NCBI RefSeq assembly: GCF_056989395.1 | Contig: NZ_CM168009.1 | Strand: one strand, 5' to 3' | Length of the DNA: 24,000 nt | Shown here: positions 8,431 through 19,038 of the stretch, piece by piece | Position numbering within the stretch: position 1 is the stretch's first letter | Layout of the letters: every line of letters begins with the position of its first letter | The notes under the pieces: generated by a model | Databases searched by the model: none | The model's input: only the letters and a program-made list of their open reading frames with translations | Told to the model about the DNA's origin: nothing | Made by a program: the position numbers and the translations under genes

Positions 8431-10127
8431 TTATCGTCGTCACCAAAGGGGCCGAGCGTATTTCCGAGGTTTCTGCCCGCTTTACCCTGGACGCGATGCC
8501 CGGCAAGCAGATGGCGATTGACGCCGATCTTAACGCCGGGTTGATCAATCAGGCGCAGGCGCAGACCCGGCGTAAAGATGTTGCCAGCGAGGCCGATTTC
8601 TACGGCGCGATGGACGGGGCATCGAAGTTTGTGCGCGGGGATGCCATCGCCGGGATGATGATTCTGGCGATCAACCTGATCGGCGGCGTCTGTATCGGGA
8701 TCTTCAAATACAACCTGAGCGCCGACGCCGCCTTCCAGCAGTATGTGCTGATGACCATCGGCGACGGGCTGGTGGCGCAGATCCCTTCCCTGCTGCTCTC
8801 CACCGCGGCGGCGATTATCGTCACCCGCGTCAGCGACAACGGCGATATCGCCCATGACGTGCGCCACCAGCTGCTGGCAAGCCCGTCGGTGCTCTACACC
8901 GCCACCGGGATCATGTTTGTGCTGGCGGTGGTGCCGGGGATGCCGCATCTGCCATTTTTGCTGTTCAGCGCCCTGCTTGGCTTTACCGGCTGGCGGATGA
9001 GCAAACGCCCGCAGGCGGCGGAGGCGGAAGAGAAAAGCCTCGAAACACTGACCCGCACCATCACCGAAACCAGCGAGCAACAGGTCAGTTGGGAAACCAT
9101 TCCGCTGATCGAGCCTATCAGCTTAAGTCTCGGCTACAAGCTGGTGGCGCTGGTGGACAAAGCGCAGGGGAACCCGCTCACCCAGCGGATTCGCGGCGTG
9201 CGGCAGGTGATATCCGACGGCAACGGCGTGCTGCTACCGGAGATCCGCATTCGGGAAAACTTCCGCCTCAAGCCCAGCCAGTACGCCATTTTCATCAACG
9301 GCATTAAGGCTGATGAAGCGGATATTCCGGCGGATAAACTGATGGCCCTGCCCTCCAGTGAAACCTACGGTGAGATTGACGGCGTGCTGGGGAACGACCC
9401 GGCGTATGGGATGCCGGTCACCTGGATCCAGCCCGCGCAGAAGGCGAAGGCGCTGAATATGGGGTATCAGGTGATCGACAGCGCCAGCGTAATTGCCACA
9501 CATGTGAATAAGATTGTGCGCAGCTATATTCCTGACCTCTTTAACTATGACGATATTACGCAGTTGCATAACCGCCTGTCGTCGATGGCACCGCGCCTGG
9601 CGGAGGATTTGAGCGCGGCGCTCAATTACAGTCAGTTGCTGAAAGTGTACCGGGCGCTGCTGACCGAAGGCGTTTCCCTGCGCGATATCGTCACCATCGC
9701 CACCGTGCTGGTTGCCAGTAGCGCGGTGACCAAAGATCATATTCTGCTGGCGGCTGATGTGCGCCTGGCGCTGCGGCGCAGCATTACCCATCCGTTCGTT
9801 CGCAAACAGGAGCTGACGGTGTATACGCTGAATAATGAGCTGGAAAATCTGCTGACCAACGTAGTGAATCAGGCGCAACAGGGCGGCAAAGTGATGCTCG
9901 ACAGCGTGCCGGTGGACCCGAATATGCTTAACCAGTTCCAGAACACGATGCCGCAGGTGAAGGAGCAGATGAAAGCGGCGGGGAAAGACCCTGTGCTGCT
10001 GGTGCCTCCGCAGTTGCGCCCTTTGCTGGCGCGCTACGCAAGGTTGTTTGCGCCGGGGCTGCATGTGCTGTCGTATAACGAAGTGCCGGACGAGCTGGAG
10101 TTGAAGATTATGGGGGCGTTGATGTAG
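8430..10127 (+). pseudogene. lfhA: LfhA (FhiA) remnant, lateral-flagellar FlhA-like export protein, N-terminus missing (open ORF from 8388, 579 aa)
   Basis: FIVVTKGAERISEVSARFTLDAMPGKQMAIDADLNAG is the conserved FlhA motif, but only a few residues precede it, whereas FlhA proteins have roughly 100 or more. Confidence 0.85.
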
Positions 10128-10130
10128 GTA

Positions 10131-10233
10131 TCCGGCATCTGCGCACAACCGCCGGATGCGGCGTGAACGCCTTATCCGGCCTACCGTTCAGGCACGATTC
10201 GTAGGCTAAGCGTAAGCGCATCCGGCATCGGCG
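10131..10233. repeat. REP/BIME elements downstream of rayT and lfhA
   Basis: GCCGGATGCGGCGTGAACGCCTTATCCGGCCTAC (10151-10184) and inverted GTAGGCTAAGCGTAAGCGCATCCGGC (10201-10226). Confidence 0.9.
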
Positions 10234-10238
10234 CGCAA

Positions 10239-10736
10239 TTATACAATGATACGCTCCCCGGCACTAAAATCCGTTACGTCCCCCGCCCAATCGATGGGAT
10301 ATAACCCCTTCGCGACATCGCGATGAAACGTTGAGAATGGCCAATCACTCACTTGCTTTACCCAGCCATGTTTTACTGGATTTATATAAATATAATCAAC
10401 ATGATGGCGATAGTCTTTGGTATTGCGGATGGCGTGCTCCCAAAAACGCGGTTGCCAGATATTTTGCAATCCACAAGCATGGGTGAACTGTTTTTTAATC
10501 TCCCGCCAGCGAGAGGAAAAATCATCATCGCTTTCGGGTAATGTCCAGATACAGTGCATATGCTCCGGCAAAACTACCCAGGCGTTAATTTCAAAAGGTC
10601 TGGCTCGCTTAACGTTAATAATGACTTTACGGAGCATCTGGAACTGAGCGGTCAGAAGATGGCTTCGACGATTTCGTAGGTTAACCGTGAAAAACCAGGT
10701 TCCCCCTTTGATGTAATAACGACGATATTCAGACAT
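10239..10736 (-). CDS. rayT: RayT, REP-associated tyrosine transposase (Y1, IS200-like), 165 aa
   Basis: MSEYRRYYIKGGTWFFTVNL...VLPEHMHCIWTLP (HxH-type motif)...HVDYIYINPVKHG (catalytic Tyr region); flanked by REP units. Confidence 0.95.
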   Translation of the reverse strand: MSEYRRYYIKGGTWFFTVNLRNRRSHLLTAQFQMLRKVIINVKRARPFEINAWVVLPEHMHCIWTLPESDDDFSSRWREIKKQFTHACGLQNIWQPRFWEHAIRNTKDYRHHVDYIYINPVKHGWVKQVSDWPFSTFHRDVAKGLYPIDWAGDVTDFSAGERIIV

Positions 10737-10830
10737 GGCGACTCCTTTTTCTCAACGGTAAGAAGAAAAGGAAAGGTCGGCAATGAGGTGATGGAATAAC
10801 GGGAAAGCGGCTCGCATAAACGCACAGATT

Positions 10831-10915
10831 TGTAGGCATGATAAGACGCGCCAGCGTCGCATCAGGCATCGGTGCACAATTGCCGAATCCGGCGTGAACG
10901 CCCTCTCCGTCCTAC
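10831..10915. repeat. REP pair upstream of rayT
   Basis: TGTAGGCATGATAAGACGCGCCAGCGTCGCATCAGGCATC (10831-10870) and TGCCGAATCCGGCGTGAACGCCCTCTCCGTCCTAC (10881-10915). Confidence 0.85.
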
Positions 10916-11661
10916 AAAATCGTCTCTTCCGTCAAAATCCGCCGCGCGCCTAAAAAATGATCCTGCCAGAAAGGTTCAGCTAACCGGCTTATCCGAATGG
11001 TTTCGCCGGTACGTGGTGACTCGATAAACTGACCGTCTCCCAGATACACCCCCATATGATCGGCTATCTCGCGGCTGTGAATATGGAAAAACAGCAAATC
11101 TCCCCGGCGCAGGTCGTTGTTCGCCACAATCGTTGCCCGATGGTAGTGATACATCTCATTGGCTGTGCGCGGGAGCTTCGCCTCAAGGATCTTGTTGTAG
11201 GCATAAAAAACCAACCCGCTACAGTCGAAGCCTTTATCGGGCCGCGTGCCGCCCCAGACATAAGGCTTGCCAAGCTGCTGCTCCAGGCGGTGAATCGCCA
11301 CTTCGGTGATGTTATGCAGGTGATCGCTGCTTAAAAAGTGGTTGTTTTCCGCCAGCGCCTGCCAGCGTCTGTCACTCGCCTTGAGCGGCGCAGGAAACCA
11401 TTCTGGATGCTGTTTTATCTGCTCCCGGTTGTGCTGGCGTAGCGCCCTTCTGCTTTCGGCATTGCCTTCCACAATATAGCTGGCCTGTTTTTTCAGATGG
11501 GTTTGGTACTGTTTTAATAAACGCGCACGGTTTTGCATCCGCTGGCGGGCGGCGTAGCTGAAAGAGATATGTGATGTGGTGGCGCTGGCAAATGAAGAAA
11601 ACGGCAAGCAAAGCAACAGTAATCCCGACAACACAAAAGAGGGAATCGACGGCAAAGACAT
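10912..11661 (-). CDS. yafL: YafL, NlpC/P60-family endopeptidase-like protein, about 249 aa
   Basis: MSLPSIPSFVLSGLLLL...GKPYVWGGTRPDKGFDCSGLVFYAY...GDLLFFHIHSREIADHMGVYLG; Cys-His NlpC/P60 motifs. ATG at 11661 matches the signal-peptide start; ORF-track start is 11721. Confidence 0.93.
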   Translation of the reverse strand: MSLPSIPSFVLSGLLLLCLPFSSFASATTSHISFSYAARQRMQNRARLLKQYQTHLKKQASYIVEGNAESRRALRQHNREQIKQHPEWFPAPLKASDRRWQALAENNHFLSSDHLHNITEVAIHRLEQQLGKPYVWGGTRPDKGFDCSGLVFYAYNKILEAKLPRTANEMYHYHRATIVANNDLRRGDLLFFHIHSREIADHMGVYLGDGQFIESPRTGETIRISRLAEPFWQDHFLGARRILTEETIL

Positions 11662-11804
11662 TCTCAATAATGGCTGGTCATGCATTGATGTTGCAGTGTA
11701 TCCCGGCCCGTACCTGAACAAACTTAATAAACCATTATTATAAAATTAATAAATATATTTCAGTTAATTATGTAAAAACATCCGTTTATTAAATTACTCA
11801 TGGA

Positions 11805-11833
11805 TTGTCGCTGTTGCTCATTTGAGCTACAAT
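11805..11833 (+). promoter_or_regulatory. Candidate sigma70 promoter of dinJ
   Basis: TTGTCG (11805-11810), 17-bp spacer, TACAAT (11828-11833), with palindromic GCTCATTTGAGC in the spacer. Confidence 0.5.
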
Positions 11834-11838
11834 TCAAG

Positions 11839-11854
11839 CTGAATAAATATACAG
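11839..11854 (+). promoter_or_regulatory. LexA box upstream of dinJ
   Basis: CTGAATAAATATACAG fits CTG-N10-CAG; dinJ is a known damage-inducible locus. Confidence 0.85.
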
Positions 11855-11870
11855 CACAGGAGATATCCCA

Positions 11871-12131
11871 ATGGCTGCTAACGCGTTTGTTCGCGCCCGA
11901 ATCGATGAAGATCTGAAGAATCAGGCGGCGGACGTACTGGCCGGGATGGGGCTGACCATCTCTGACCTGGTTCGCATAACCCTCACAAAGGTCGCGCGTG
12001 AAAAGGCATTGCCGTTTGATTTACGCGAGCCTAATCAATTAACTATTCAATCAATCAAAAACAGCGAAGCTGGCGTTGGTATTCATAAGGCCAAAGACGC
12101 CGATGATTTATTTGATAAATTAGGAATTTAA
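11871..12131 (+). CDS. dinJ: DinJ antitoxin, RelB/ribbon-helix-helix family, 86 aa
   Basis: MAANAFVRARIDEDLKNQAADVLAGMGLTISDLVRITLTKVAREKALPFDLREPNQ...; intact. Confidence 0.97.
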   Translation: MAANAFVRARIDEDLKNQAADVLAGMGLTISDLVRITLTKVAREKALPFDLREPNQLTIQSIKNSEAGVGIHKAKDADDLFDKLGI

Positions 12132-12133
12132 AT

Positions 12134-12411
12134 ATGATTCAAAGGGATATTGAATACTCGGGACAATTTTCAAAGGATGTAAAACTTGCACAAAAGCGTC
12201 ATAAGGATATGAATAAATTGAAATATCTTATGACGCTCTTATCAATAATACTTTACTGCTTCCAGCTGTTTATAAAGACCACCCGCTGCAAGGTTCATGG
12301 AAAGGTTATCGCGATGCTCATGTCGAACCGGACTGGATCCTGATTTACAAACTTACCGATAAACTTTTACGATTTGAGAGAACTGGAACTCACGCGGCGC
12401 TATTTGGGTAA
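12134..12411 (+). pseudogene. yafQ: YafQ mRNA interferase toxin, frameshifted
   Basis: Reads MIQRDIEYSGQFSKDVKLAQKRHKDMNKLKYLMTLL normally, then shifts at about 12236-12240 (ACGCTCTTATC) and stops at 12343. The neighbouring frame continues the expected sequence INNTL-LPAVYKDHPLQGSWKGYRDAHVEPDWILIYKLTDKLLRFERTGTHAALFG* to 12411. Confidence 0.92.
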
Positions 12412-12566
12412 AGCCCGCTGCCGATGAAATTTGTAAACCCTGCGCCGACAGGCTTGCGTAAAACTCTTTTGGTGATAATGTGAGCCTTCCAAATCCAGAC
12501 TATTCCGATTTGGGATCCATTTTGCCGTCCTGGCGTGTGTAACCGTTTTATCAAGGAATAAGCAGT

Positions 12567-13307
12567 ATGCGTAAAATCGCATTAATTCTTGCGATGTTGT
12601 TGATCCCGTGCGTTTCGTTTGCCGGTTTGCTGGGCAGCAGTAGCTCGACCACGCCAGTGAGCAAAGAGTATAAGCAGCAGTTGATGGGATCCCCTGTCTA
12701 CATCCAGATCTTCAAGGAAGAACGTACGCTCGATCTCTACGTCAAAATGGGCGAGCAATATCAACTGCTCGACAGCTATAAAATCTGTAAATATTCCGGC
12801 GGCTTAGGGCCAAAACAGCGTCAGGGCGATTTCAAAAGCCCGGAAGGGTTTTATAGCGTCCAGCGTAATCAGTTAAAACCAGACAGCCGTTACTACAAAG
12901 CGATTAATATTGGATTCCCCAATGCCTATGACCGTGCGCATGGTTATGAAGGGAAATATCTGATGATCCACGGCGATTGTGTTTCCATCGGCTGCTACGC
13001 GATGACCAATCAGGGTATTGATGAGATCTTCCAGTTCGTTACTGGTGCGCTGGTGTTTGGTCAGCCGAGCGTGCAAGTGAGTATTTACCCGTTCCGCATG
13101 ACCGACGCCAATATGAAGCGCCATAAATATTCCAACTTTAAGGACTTCTGGGAGCAACTGAAGCCGGGCTACGACTACTTTGAGCAAACCCGTAAGCCAC
13201 CGACCGTTTCTGTGGTCAATGGCCGTTACGTGGTCAGCAAGCCGTTAAGCCACGAAGTTGTGCAGCCACAGCTGGCATCAAACTACACGCTCCCCGAGGC
13301 AAAATAA
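12567..13307 (+). CDS. yafK: YafK (DpaA/LdtF), L,D-transpeptidase-fold protein, 246 aa
   Basis: [22 protein letters not shown] signal peptide; [18 protein letters not shown] YkuD catalytic motif. Confidence 0.95.
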   Translation: MRKIALILAMLLIPCVSFAGLLGSSSSTTPVSKEYKQQLMGSPVYIQIFKEERTLDLYVKMGEQYQLLDSYKICKYSGGLGPKQRQGDFKSPEGFYSVQRNQLKPDSRYYKAINIGFPNAYDRAHGYEGKYLMIHGDCVSIGCYAMTNQGIDEIFQFVTGALVFGQPSVQVSIYPFRMTDANMKRHKYSNFKDFWEQLKPGYDYFEQTRKPPTVSVVNGRYVVSKPLSHEVVQPQLASNYTLPEAK

Positions 13308-14045
13308 GCGCCATTCGCCTGGCATAATCTTTTGCCAGGTTTCATTGCCCGTCAGCGGCTGTGTTGCAATCACCGTGACCACATCATTCGGTGTGGTCTG
13401 CGAGCTGAAGTCGATTTCCACATCCTGATCCAGCAACGTTGCCACGCCAAACGGCGCGCGGCGGGTGATCCAGTGTAAATTAGTCGAGCAATACGCCATT
13501 ACATAGCGTCCGTCAGAAAGCAGCATGTTGAAAACGCCCTTCTGCCGCAGTTCATCCGCCAGTGAGGCGATATATTTAAACACTGCCGCCATATTGCCCG
13601 GTGTGCGCGGGTAACGCTGCGTTAATTTATGCAGGAGCCAGCAGAAGGCTTTTTCGCTGTCGGTTTCACCGACCGGGCGGAAGTTGCCGGTTTCCAGTGA
13701 TTTGTACCCCGTCAGTTGCCCGTTATGGGCATAAGTCCAGTTACGTCCCCATAACTCGCGGGTAAACGGGTGAGTATTTTCCAGCGCCACCTCGCCCCGA
13801 TTGGCCTGGCGAATATGAGCCACAACCGAACAGGATTTTATCGGGTAGTCCTGGACAAGTTTGGCGATGGGGGAATTAAAGCTGGGTTGTGGATCTTTAA
13901 ATGTGCGACAGCCTTTACCTTCGTAAAAGGTGATGCCCCAGCCATCTTTATGTGGCCCGGTTCCACCACCACGCTGTACAAGCCCGGTGAAACTAAAGCA
14001 GATATCAGTAGGGACGTTGGCGCTCATCCCGAGCAATTCGCACAT
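13278..14045 (-). CDS. yafJ: YafJ, class II glutamine amidotransferase-like protein, 255 aa
   Basis: [41 protein letters not shown]...; N-terminal Cys nucleophile. Start at 14045; ORF-track start is 14060. Confidence 0.95.
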   Translation of the reverse strand: MCELLGMSANVPTDICFSFTGLVQRGGGTGPHKDGWGITFYEGKGCRTFKDPQPSFNSPIAKLVQDYPIKSCSVVAHIRQANRGEVALENTHPFTRELWGRNWTYAHNGQLTGYKSLETGNFRPVGETDSEKAFCWLLHKLTQRYPRTPGNMAAVFKYIASLADELRQKGVFNMLLSDGRYVMAYCSTNLHWITRRAPFGVATLLDQDVEIDFSSQTTPNDVVTVIATQPLTGNETWQKIMPGEWRLFCLGERVV

Positions 14046-14160
14046 GGGTAACCTCCACAACAGCGGGAGCGCATGGCCCCCGGCGAAGATTGATTAAAAA
14101 GTACAAAGGTGCAGGCTGTTACCCTCACCCCGGCCCTCTCCCTGAAAGGGAGAAAAGACC

Positions 14161-14739
14161 TTACTTAACCATCTCTTTTTCAATTAACTGGATCAGGATA
14201 TGGATCACTTTAATGTGGATCTCCTGAATGCGGTCGGCATAACCAAAGTGCGGAACGCGAATTTCAATATCCGCCGTGCCAGCCATTTTGCCGCCATCTT
14301 TACCGGTCAGGGTGATCACTTTCATCCCCTTCTCACGCGCCGCTGCGATCGCTTTGATCACGTTTGCAGAGTTACCGGAGGTAGAGATCCCCAGCAGTAC
14401 ATCGCCTTCGCGACCTACCGCTTCAACGTAACGGGAGAAAATATCATTGAAACCAAAATCGTTACCGACGCAGGAAATATGACTAACGTCAGAAATGGCA
14501 ATCGCCGGGTAGCCCGGACGGTTTTCACGGTAGCGCCCCGTCAACTCTTCAGCAAAGTGCATAGCGTCGCAATGGGAGCCGCCGTTGCCGCAAGAAAGCA
14601 CTTTGCCACCGCCTTTAAAGCTGTCTGCTAACAGGACCGCCGCGCGCTGAATGGCGTGAATATTGGCGTCATCTTTTAAAAAATTAGCCAGCGTTTCCGC
14701 CGCTTCGTTCAGTTCGTTACAAATAAGATCCTGGTACAT
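14161..14739 (-). CDS. gmhA: Phosphoheptose isomerase GmhA (LpcA), 192 aa
   Basis: [24 protein letters not shown]...[23 protein letters not shown]; SIS domain. Start at 14739; upstream extension to 14901 is not coding. Confidence 0.97.
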   Translation of the reverse strand: MYQDLICNELNEAAETLANFLKDDANIHAIQRAAVLLADSFKGGGKVLSCGNGGSHCDAMHFAEELTGRYRENRPGYPAIAISDVSHISCVGNDFGFNDIFSRYVEAVGREGDVLLGISTSGNSANVIKAIAAAREKGMKVITLTGKDGGKMAGTADIEIRVPHFGYADRIQEIHIKVIHILIQLIEKEMVK

Positions 14740-14940
14740 GAGGATATCCTTCAGCATAAATGTAATAGACAAAATGCAGTGTACCGGATACCGCCAAAAG
14801 CGAGAAGTACGGGCAGATGCTATGACCAGGACTTTTTGACCTGAAGTGCGGATAAAAACAGCAACAATGTGAGCTTCGTTGTAATTATATTGTAAACACA
14901 TTGCTAAATGTTTTTACATCCACTACAACCATATCATCAC

Positions 14941-14957
14941 AAGTGGTCAGACCTCCT
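14941..14957 (+). promoter_or_regulatory. FadR operator upstream of fadE
   Basis: AAGTGGTCAGACCTCCT resembles the FadR consensus AACTGGTCNGACCAGTT and lies just upstream of fadE, a known FadR target. Confidence 0.7.
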
Positions 14958-14978
14958 ACAAGTAAGGGGCTTTTCGTT

Positions 14979-17423
14979 ATGATGATTTTGAGTATTCTCG
15001 CTACGGTTGTCCTGCTCGGCGCGTTGTTCTATCACCGCGTGAGCTTATTTATCAGCAGTCTGATTTTGCTCGCCTGGACAGCCGCACTCGGCGTTGCTGG
15101 TCTGTGGTCGGCGTGGGTACTGGTGCCTCTGGCCATTATCCTCGTGCCATTTAACTTTGCGCCTATGCGTAAGTCGATGATTTCCGCGCCGGTATTTCGC
15201 GGTTTCCGTAAGGTAATGCCGCCGATGTCGCGCACTGAGAAAGAAGCGATTGATGCGGGCACCACCTGGTGGGAGGGCGACTTGTTCCAGGGCAAGCCGG
15301 ACTGGAAAAAGCTGCATAACTATCCGCAGCCGCGCCTGACCGCTGAAGAGCAAGCGTTTCTCGACGGTCCGGTAGAAGAAGCCTGCCGGATGGCGAATGA
15401 TTTCCAGATTACCCATGAGCTGGCGGATTTGCCGCCGGAGCTGTGGGCGTATCTTAAAGAGCATCGCTTCTTCGCGATGATCATCAAAAAAGAGTACGGC
15501 GGGCTGGAGTTCTCGGCTTATGCCCAGTCTCGCGTGCTGCAAAAACTCTCCGGCGTGAGCGGGATCCTGGCGATTACCGTCGGCGTGCCAAACTCATTAG
15601 GCCCGGGTGAGCTACTGCAACATTACGGCACTGACGAGCAGAAAGATCACTATCTGCCGCGTCTGGCGCGTGGTCAGGAGATCCCTTGCTTTGCACTGAC
15701 CAGCCCCGAAGCGGGTTCCGATGCGGGCGCGATTCCGGATACCGGGATTGTTTGCATGGGCGAGTGGCAGGGCCAGCAGGTGCTGGGGATGCGACTGACC
15801 TGGAACAAACGTTACATTACGCTGGCACCGATTGCGACCGTGCTTGGTCTGGCGTTTAAACTCTCCGACCCGGAAAAACTGCTGGGTGGCGCAGAAGATT
15901 TAGGTATTACCTGTGCGCTGATCCCGACCACCACGCCGGGCGTGGAAATTGGTCGTCGCCACTTCCCGCTGAACGTACCGTTCCAGAACGGACCGACGCG
16001 CGGTAAAGATGTCTTCGTGCCGATCGATTACATCATCGGCGGGCCGAAAATGGCCGGGCAAGGCTGGCGGATGCTGGTGGAGTGCCTCTCGGTAGGCCGC
16101 GGTATCACCCTGCCTTCCAACTCAACCGGCGGCGTGAAATCGGTAGCGCTGGCAACGGGTGCGTATGCGCACATCCGCCGTCAGTTCAAAATCTCTATTG
16201 GTAAGATGGAAGGGATTGAAGAGCCGCTGGCGCGTATTGCCGGAAACGCTTATGTAATGGATGCTGCGGCATCGCTGATTACCTACGGCATTATGCTCGG
16301 TGAAAAACCTGCCGTGCTGTCGGCTATCGTTAAGTATCACTGTACCCACCGTGGGCAGCAGTCGATTATTGATGCGATGGATATCACTGGTGGCAAAGGC
16401 ATTATGCTCGGGCAAAGCAACTTCCTGGCCCGTGCTTACCAGGGCGCACCGATTGCCATCACCGTTGAAGGGGCTAACATTCTGACCCGCAGCATGATGA
16501 TCTTCGGACAAGGAGCGATTCGTTGCCATCCGTACGTGCTGGAAGAGATGGAAGCGGCGAAGAACAATGACGTAAATGCGTTCGATAAACTGCTGTTCAA
16601 ACATATCGGTCACGTCGGTAGCAACAAAGTTCGCAGCTTCTGGCTGGGCCTGACGCGCGGTTTAACCAGCAGCACGCCAACCGGCGATGCCACTAAACGC
16701 TACTATCAGCACCTGAACCGCCTGAGCGCCAACCTCGCCCTGCTTTCTGATGTCTCGATGGCGGTGCTGGGCGGCAGCCTGAAACGTCGCGAGCGTATCT
16801 CGGCCCGTCTGGGGGATATTTTAAGTCAGCTTTACCTCGCCTCTGCCGTTCTGAAGCGTTATGACGACGAAGGCCGTAATGAAGCCGACCTGCCGCTGGT
16901 GCACTGGGGCGTACAGGATGCGCTGTATCAGGCTGAACAGGCGATGGATGATTTACTGCAAAACTTCCCGAGCCGCGTGGTTGCCGGGCTGCTGAATGTG
17001 GTGATCTTCCCGACCGGACGTCATTATCTGGCACCTTCTGATAAGCTGGATCATAAGGTGGCGAAGATTTTACAAGTGCCGAACGCCACCCGTTCACGTA
17101 TTGGTCGCGGTCAGTACCTGACGCCGAGCGAGCATAACCCGGTTGGTTTACTGGAAGAGGCGCTGGTGGATGTGATTGCCGCCGACCCAATTCATCAGCG
17201 GATCTGTAAAGAGCTGGGTAAAAACCTGCCGTTTACCCGTCTGGATGAACTGGCGCATAACGCGCTGGCGAAGGGGCTGATTGATAAAGATGAAGCCGCT
17301 ATTCTTGTGAAAGCTGAAGAAAGCCGTCTGCGCAGTATTAATGTTGATGACTTTGATCCGGAAGAGCTTGCGACGAAGCCGGTAAAGTTGCCGGAGAAAG
17401 TGCGAAAAGTTGAAGCCGCGTAA
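14979..17423 (+). CDS. fadE: Acyl-CoA dehydrogenase FadE, 814 aa
   Basis: [27 protein letters not shown]...; acyl-CoA dehydrogenase motifs. Start at 14979; ORF-track start is 14901. Confidence 0.97.
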   Translation: MMILSILATVVLLGALFYHRVSLFISSLILLAWTAALGVAGLWSAWVLVPLAIILVPFNFAPMRKSMISAPVFRGFRKVMPPMSRTEKEAIDAGTTWWEGDLFQGKPDWKKLHNYPQPRLTAEEQAFLDGPVEEACRMANDFQITHELADLPPELWAYLKEHRFFAMIIKKEYGGLEFSAYAQSRVLQKLSGVSGILAITVGVPNSLGPGELLQHYGTDEQKDHYLPRLARGQEIPCFALTSPEAGSDAGAIPDTGIVCMGEWQGQQVLGMRLTWNKRYITLAPIATVLGLAFKLSDPEKLLGGAEDLGITCALIPTTTPGVEIGRRHFPLNVPFQNGPTRGKDVFVPIDYIIGGPKMAGQGWRMLVECLSVGRGITLPSNSTGGVKSVALATGAYAHIRRQFKISIGKMEGIEEPLARIAGNAYVMDAAASLITYGIMLGEKPAVLSAIVKYHCTHRGQQSIIDAMDITGGKGIMLGQSNFLARAYQGAPIAITVEGANILTRSMMIFGQGAIRCHPYVLEEMEAAKNNDVNAFDKLLFKHIGHVGSNKVRSFWLGLTRGLTSSTPTGDATKRYYQHLNRLSANLALLSDVSMAVLGGSLKRRERISARLGDILSQLYLASAVLKRYDDEGRNEADLPLVHWGVQDALYQAEQAMDDLLQNFPSRVVAGLLNVVIFPTGRHYLAPSDKLDHKVAKILQVPNATRSRIGRGQYLTPSEHNPVGLLEEALVDVIAADPIHQRICKELGKNLPFTRLDELAHNALAKGLIDKDEAAILVKAEESRLRSINVDDFDPEELATKPVKLPEKVRKVEAA

Positions 17424-17430
17424 TTGAATA

Positions 17431-17456
17431 ACGGAGCCGAAAGGCTCCGTTTCTTT
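17431..17456. terminator. Terminator between convergent fadE and ivy
   Basis: ACGGAGCC-GAAA-GGCTCCGT followed by TTCTTT. Confidence 0.8.
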
Positions 17457-17465
17457 ATCCGCTAA

Positions 17466-17939
17466 TTATTTAAAATTAAAGCCATCCGGATGGTTTTCCA
17501 GGCTGCCGGTCAACGCCGCGAACAGCACCGTTTTACCATCAATAGAAAGCGCATCGTTCACATTCAACCAGGTGAGTTTCTCTTGCGACGTTTTCTCATC
17601 AATGGTCGAGAACAGCCCCGTCATCTGATTAGATTTCTCGGACCACATCACAGCGATACGTTGCGAGCCACAGTCATGCGGTTTGCACGCGCTCATCACC
17701 TGATACGTCTCATCTCCCAACGTTACGGTTTGTGCAGGGGTATAAGTACCGCCTTTCATCACCCAGGCAGGCAGCTTATGCCCTTGCACCATCTGATTAA
17801 ACGCAGCTTTGGTGGTTTCGCCCTTTGCAAGGCTGCTAATGGTTAAATCATCCTGCGCCATTGCACTGGTGGCGATGACCAGAGCGGCGACTGTCGTTAT
17901 TGCCTTAAACATCATTCCTCCCGAGCTTATCCTGCCCAT
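17466..17939 (-). CDS. ivy: Ivy, inhibitor of vertebrate C-type lysozyme, 157 aa
   Basis: MGRISSGGMMFKAITTVAALVIATSAMAQDD...SACKPHDCGSQRIAVMW; CKPHDC loop. Confidence 0.96.
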   Translation of the reverse strand: MGRISSGGMMFKAITTVAALVIATSAMAQDDLTISSLAKGETTKAAFNQMVQGHKLPAWVMKGGTYTPAQTVTLGDETYQVMSACKPHDCGSQRIAVMWSEKSNQMTGLFSTIDEKTSQEKLTWLNVNDALSIDGKTVLFAALTGSLENHPDGFNFK

Positions 17940-18092
17940 GTTATTAACCTCCTAAAGCCTGGCGATAACACGATAATTTGCAAATCAGATATTTCCAATA
18001 TCAGCATTTGTTATCAATTTATTCTGCGCTAAGGCAACTGCCTGATAAGGTGTTAGAGTTATAAAACCCTTCGCATAAAGGAGTTGTACACC

Positions 18093-18863
18093 GTGCCTGG
18101 TTTGAAGATTACGCTTTTGCAGCAACCACTGGTGTGGATGGATGGCCCTGCCAACCTGCGCCATTTTGATCGTCAACTGGAAGGTATTACCGGGCGCGAT
18201 GTGATCGTTCTACCGGAGATGTTTACCAGCGGCTTTGCCATGGAAGCGGCAGCTTCGTCGCTAGCACAAAATGACGTAGTGAACTGGATGACAGCTAAGG
18301 CGCAGCAGTGCAATGCGCTGATTGCAGGCAGTGTTGCATTACAAACGGAGTCTGGTTCGGTTAACCGCTTTTTGCTGGTTGAGCCGGGCGGCACGGTACA
18401 TTTTTATGATAAGCGTCATCTGTTCCGCATGGCAGATGAGCATCTGCATTATAAAGCGGGCAATGCGCGAGTGATTGTGGAATGGCGCGGCTGGCGTATT
18501 TTGCCGCTGGTGTGCTACGACTTACGTTTTCCTGTGTGGTCGCGCAATCTCAACGATTATGACCTCGCCCTGTACGTCGCCAACTGGCCTGCTCCGCGCT
18601 CTCTGCACTGGCAGGCATTGCTGACAGCCCGCGCGATTGAGAATCAGGCGTATGTGGCGGGATGCAATCGCGTCGGCAGCGATGGCAACGGCTGCCATTA
18701 TCGTGGTGACAGCAGGGTGATTAATCCACAGGGCGAGATTATCGCTACTGCCGACGCGCATCAGGCAACGCGCATTGATGCGGAGCTGTCGATGGTGGCA
18801 TTGCGGGAATATAGAGAAAAGTTTCCGGCATGGCGGGATGCGGATGAATTCACATTTCGTTAG
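18093..18863 (+). CDS. yafV: YafV, omega-amidase / nitrilase family, about 256 aa (GTG start preferred; ATG at 18084 also possible)
   Basis: PGLKITLLQQPLVWMDGPANL...VCYDLRFPVWSRN; nitrilase Glu-Lys-Cys motifs. Confidence 0.93.
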   Translation: MPGLKITLLQQPLVWMDGPANLRHFDRQLEGITGRDVIVLPEMFTSGFAMEAAASSLAQNDVVNWMTAKAQQCNALIAGSVALQTESGSVNRFLLVEPGGTVHFYDKRHLFRMADEHLHYKAGNARVIVEWRGWRILPLVCYDLRFPVWSRNLNDYDLALYVANWPAPRSLHWQALLTARAIENQAYVAGCNRVGSDGNGCHYRGDSRVINPQGEIIATADAHQATRIDAELSMVALREYREKFPAWRDADEFTFR

Positions 18864-18923
18864 AGGGTGAATATGGCTACGAGATAAGTTTCGTGGCTAT
18901 TTTTCTCTGGAACTTAAACGACG

Positions 18924-18953
18924 AAAGCCCGAATCAGTAATGATTCGGGCTTT
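18924..18953 (-). terminator. Terminator downstream of tRNA-Asp
   Basis: AAAGCCCGAATCA-gtaa-TGATTCGGGCTTT: perfect 13-bp stem. Confidence 0.85.
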
Positions 18954-18961
18954 CTGAATAT

Positions 18962-19038
18962 TGGCGGAACGGACGGGACTCGAACCCGCGACCCCCTGCG
19001 TGACAGGCAGGTATTCTAACCGACTGAACTACCGCTCC
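18962..19038 (-). tRNA. aspV: tRNA-Asp (GTC)
   Basis: Minus strand GGAGCGGTAGTTCAGTCGGTTAGAATACCTGCCTGTCACGCAGGGGGTCGCGGGTTCGAGTCCCGTCCGTTCCGCCA; 77 nt, GTC anticodon, cloverleaf and encoded CCA. Confidence 0.98.

Noticed and set aside
9234-10148. 304-aa minus-strand ORF opposite lfhA
   Set aside because: Antisense of a recognised FlhA-like sequence; high-GC shadow ORF.
12400-12582. 60-aa minus-strand ORF between yafQ and yafK
   Set aside because: No recognised homology or clear SD, and it overlaps the 3' end of the yafQ frame; not enough support.
16122-17190. Minus-strand ORFs (163 and 165 aa) opposite fadE
   Set aside because: Antisense shadow ORFs in a strongly coding region.
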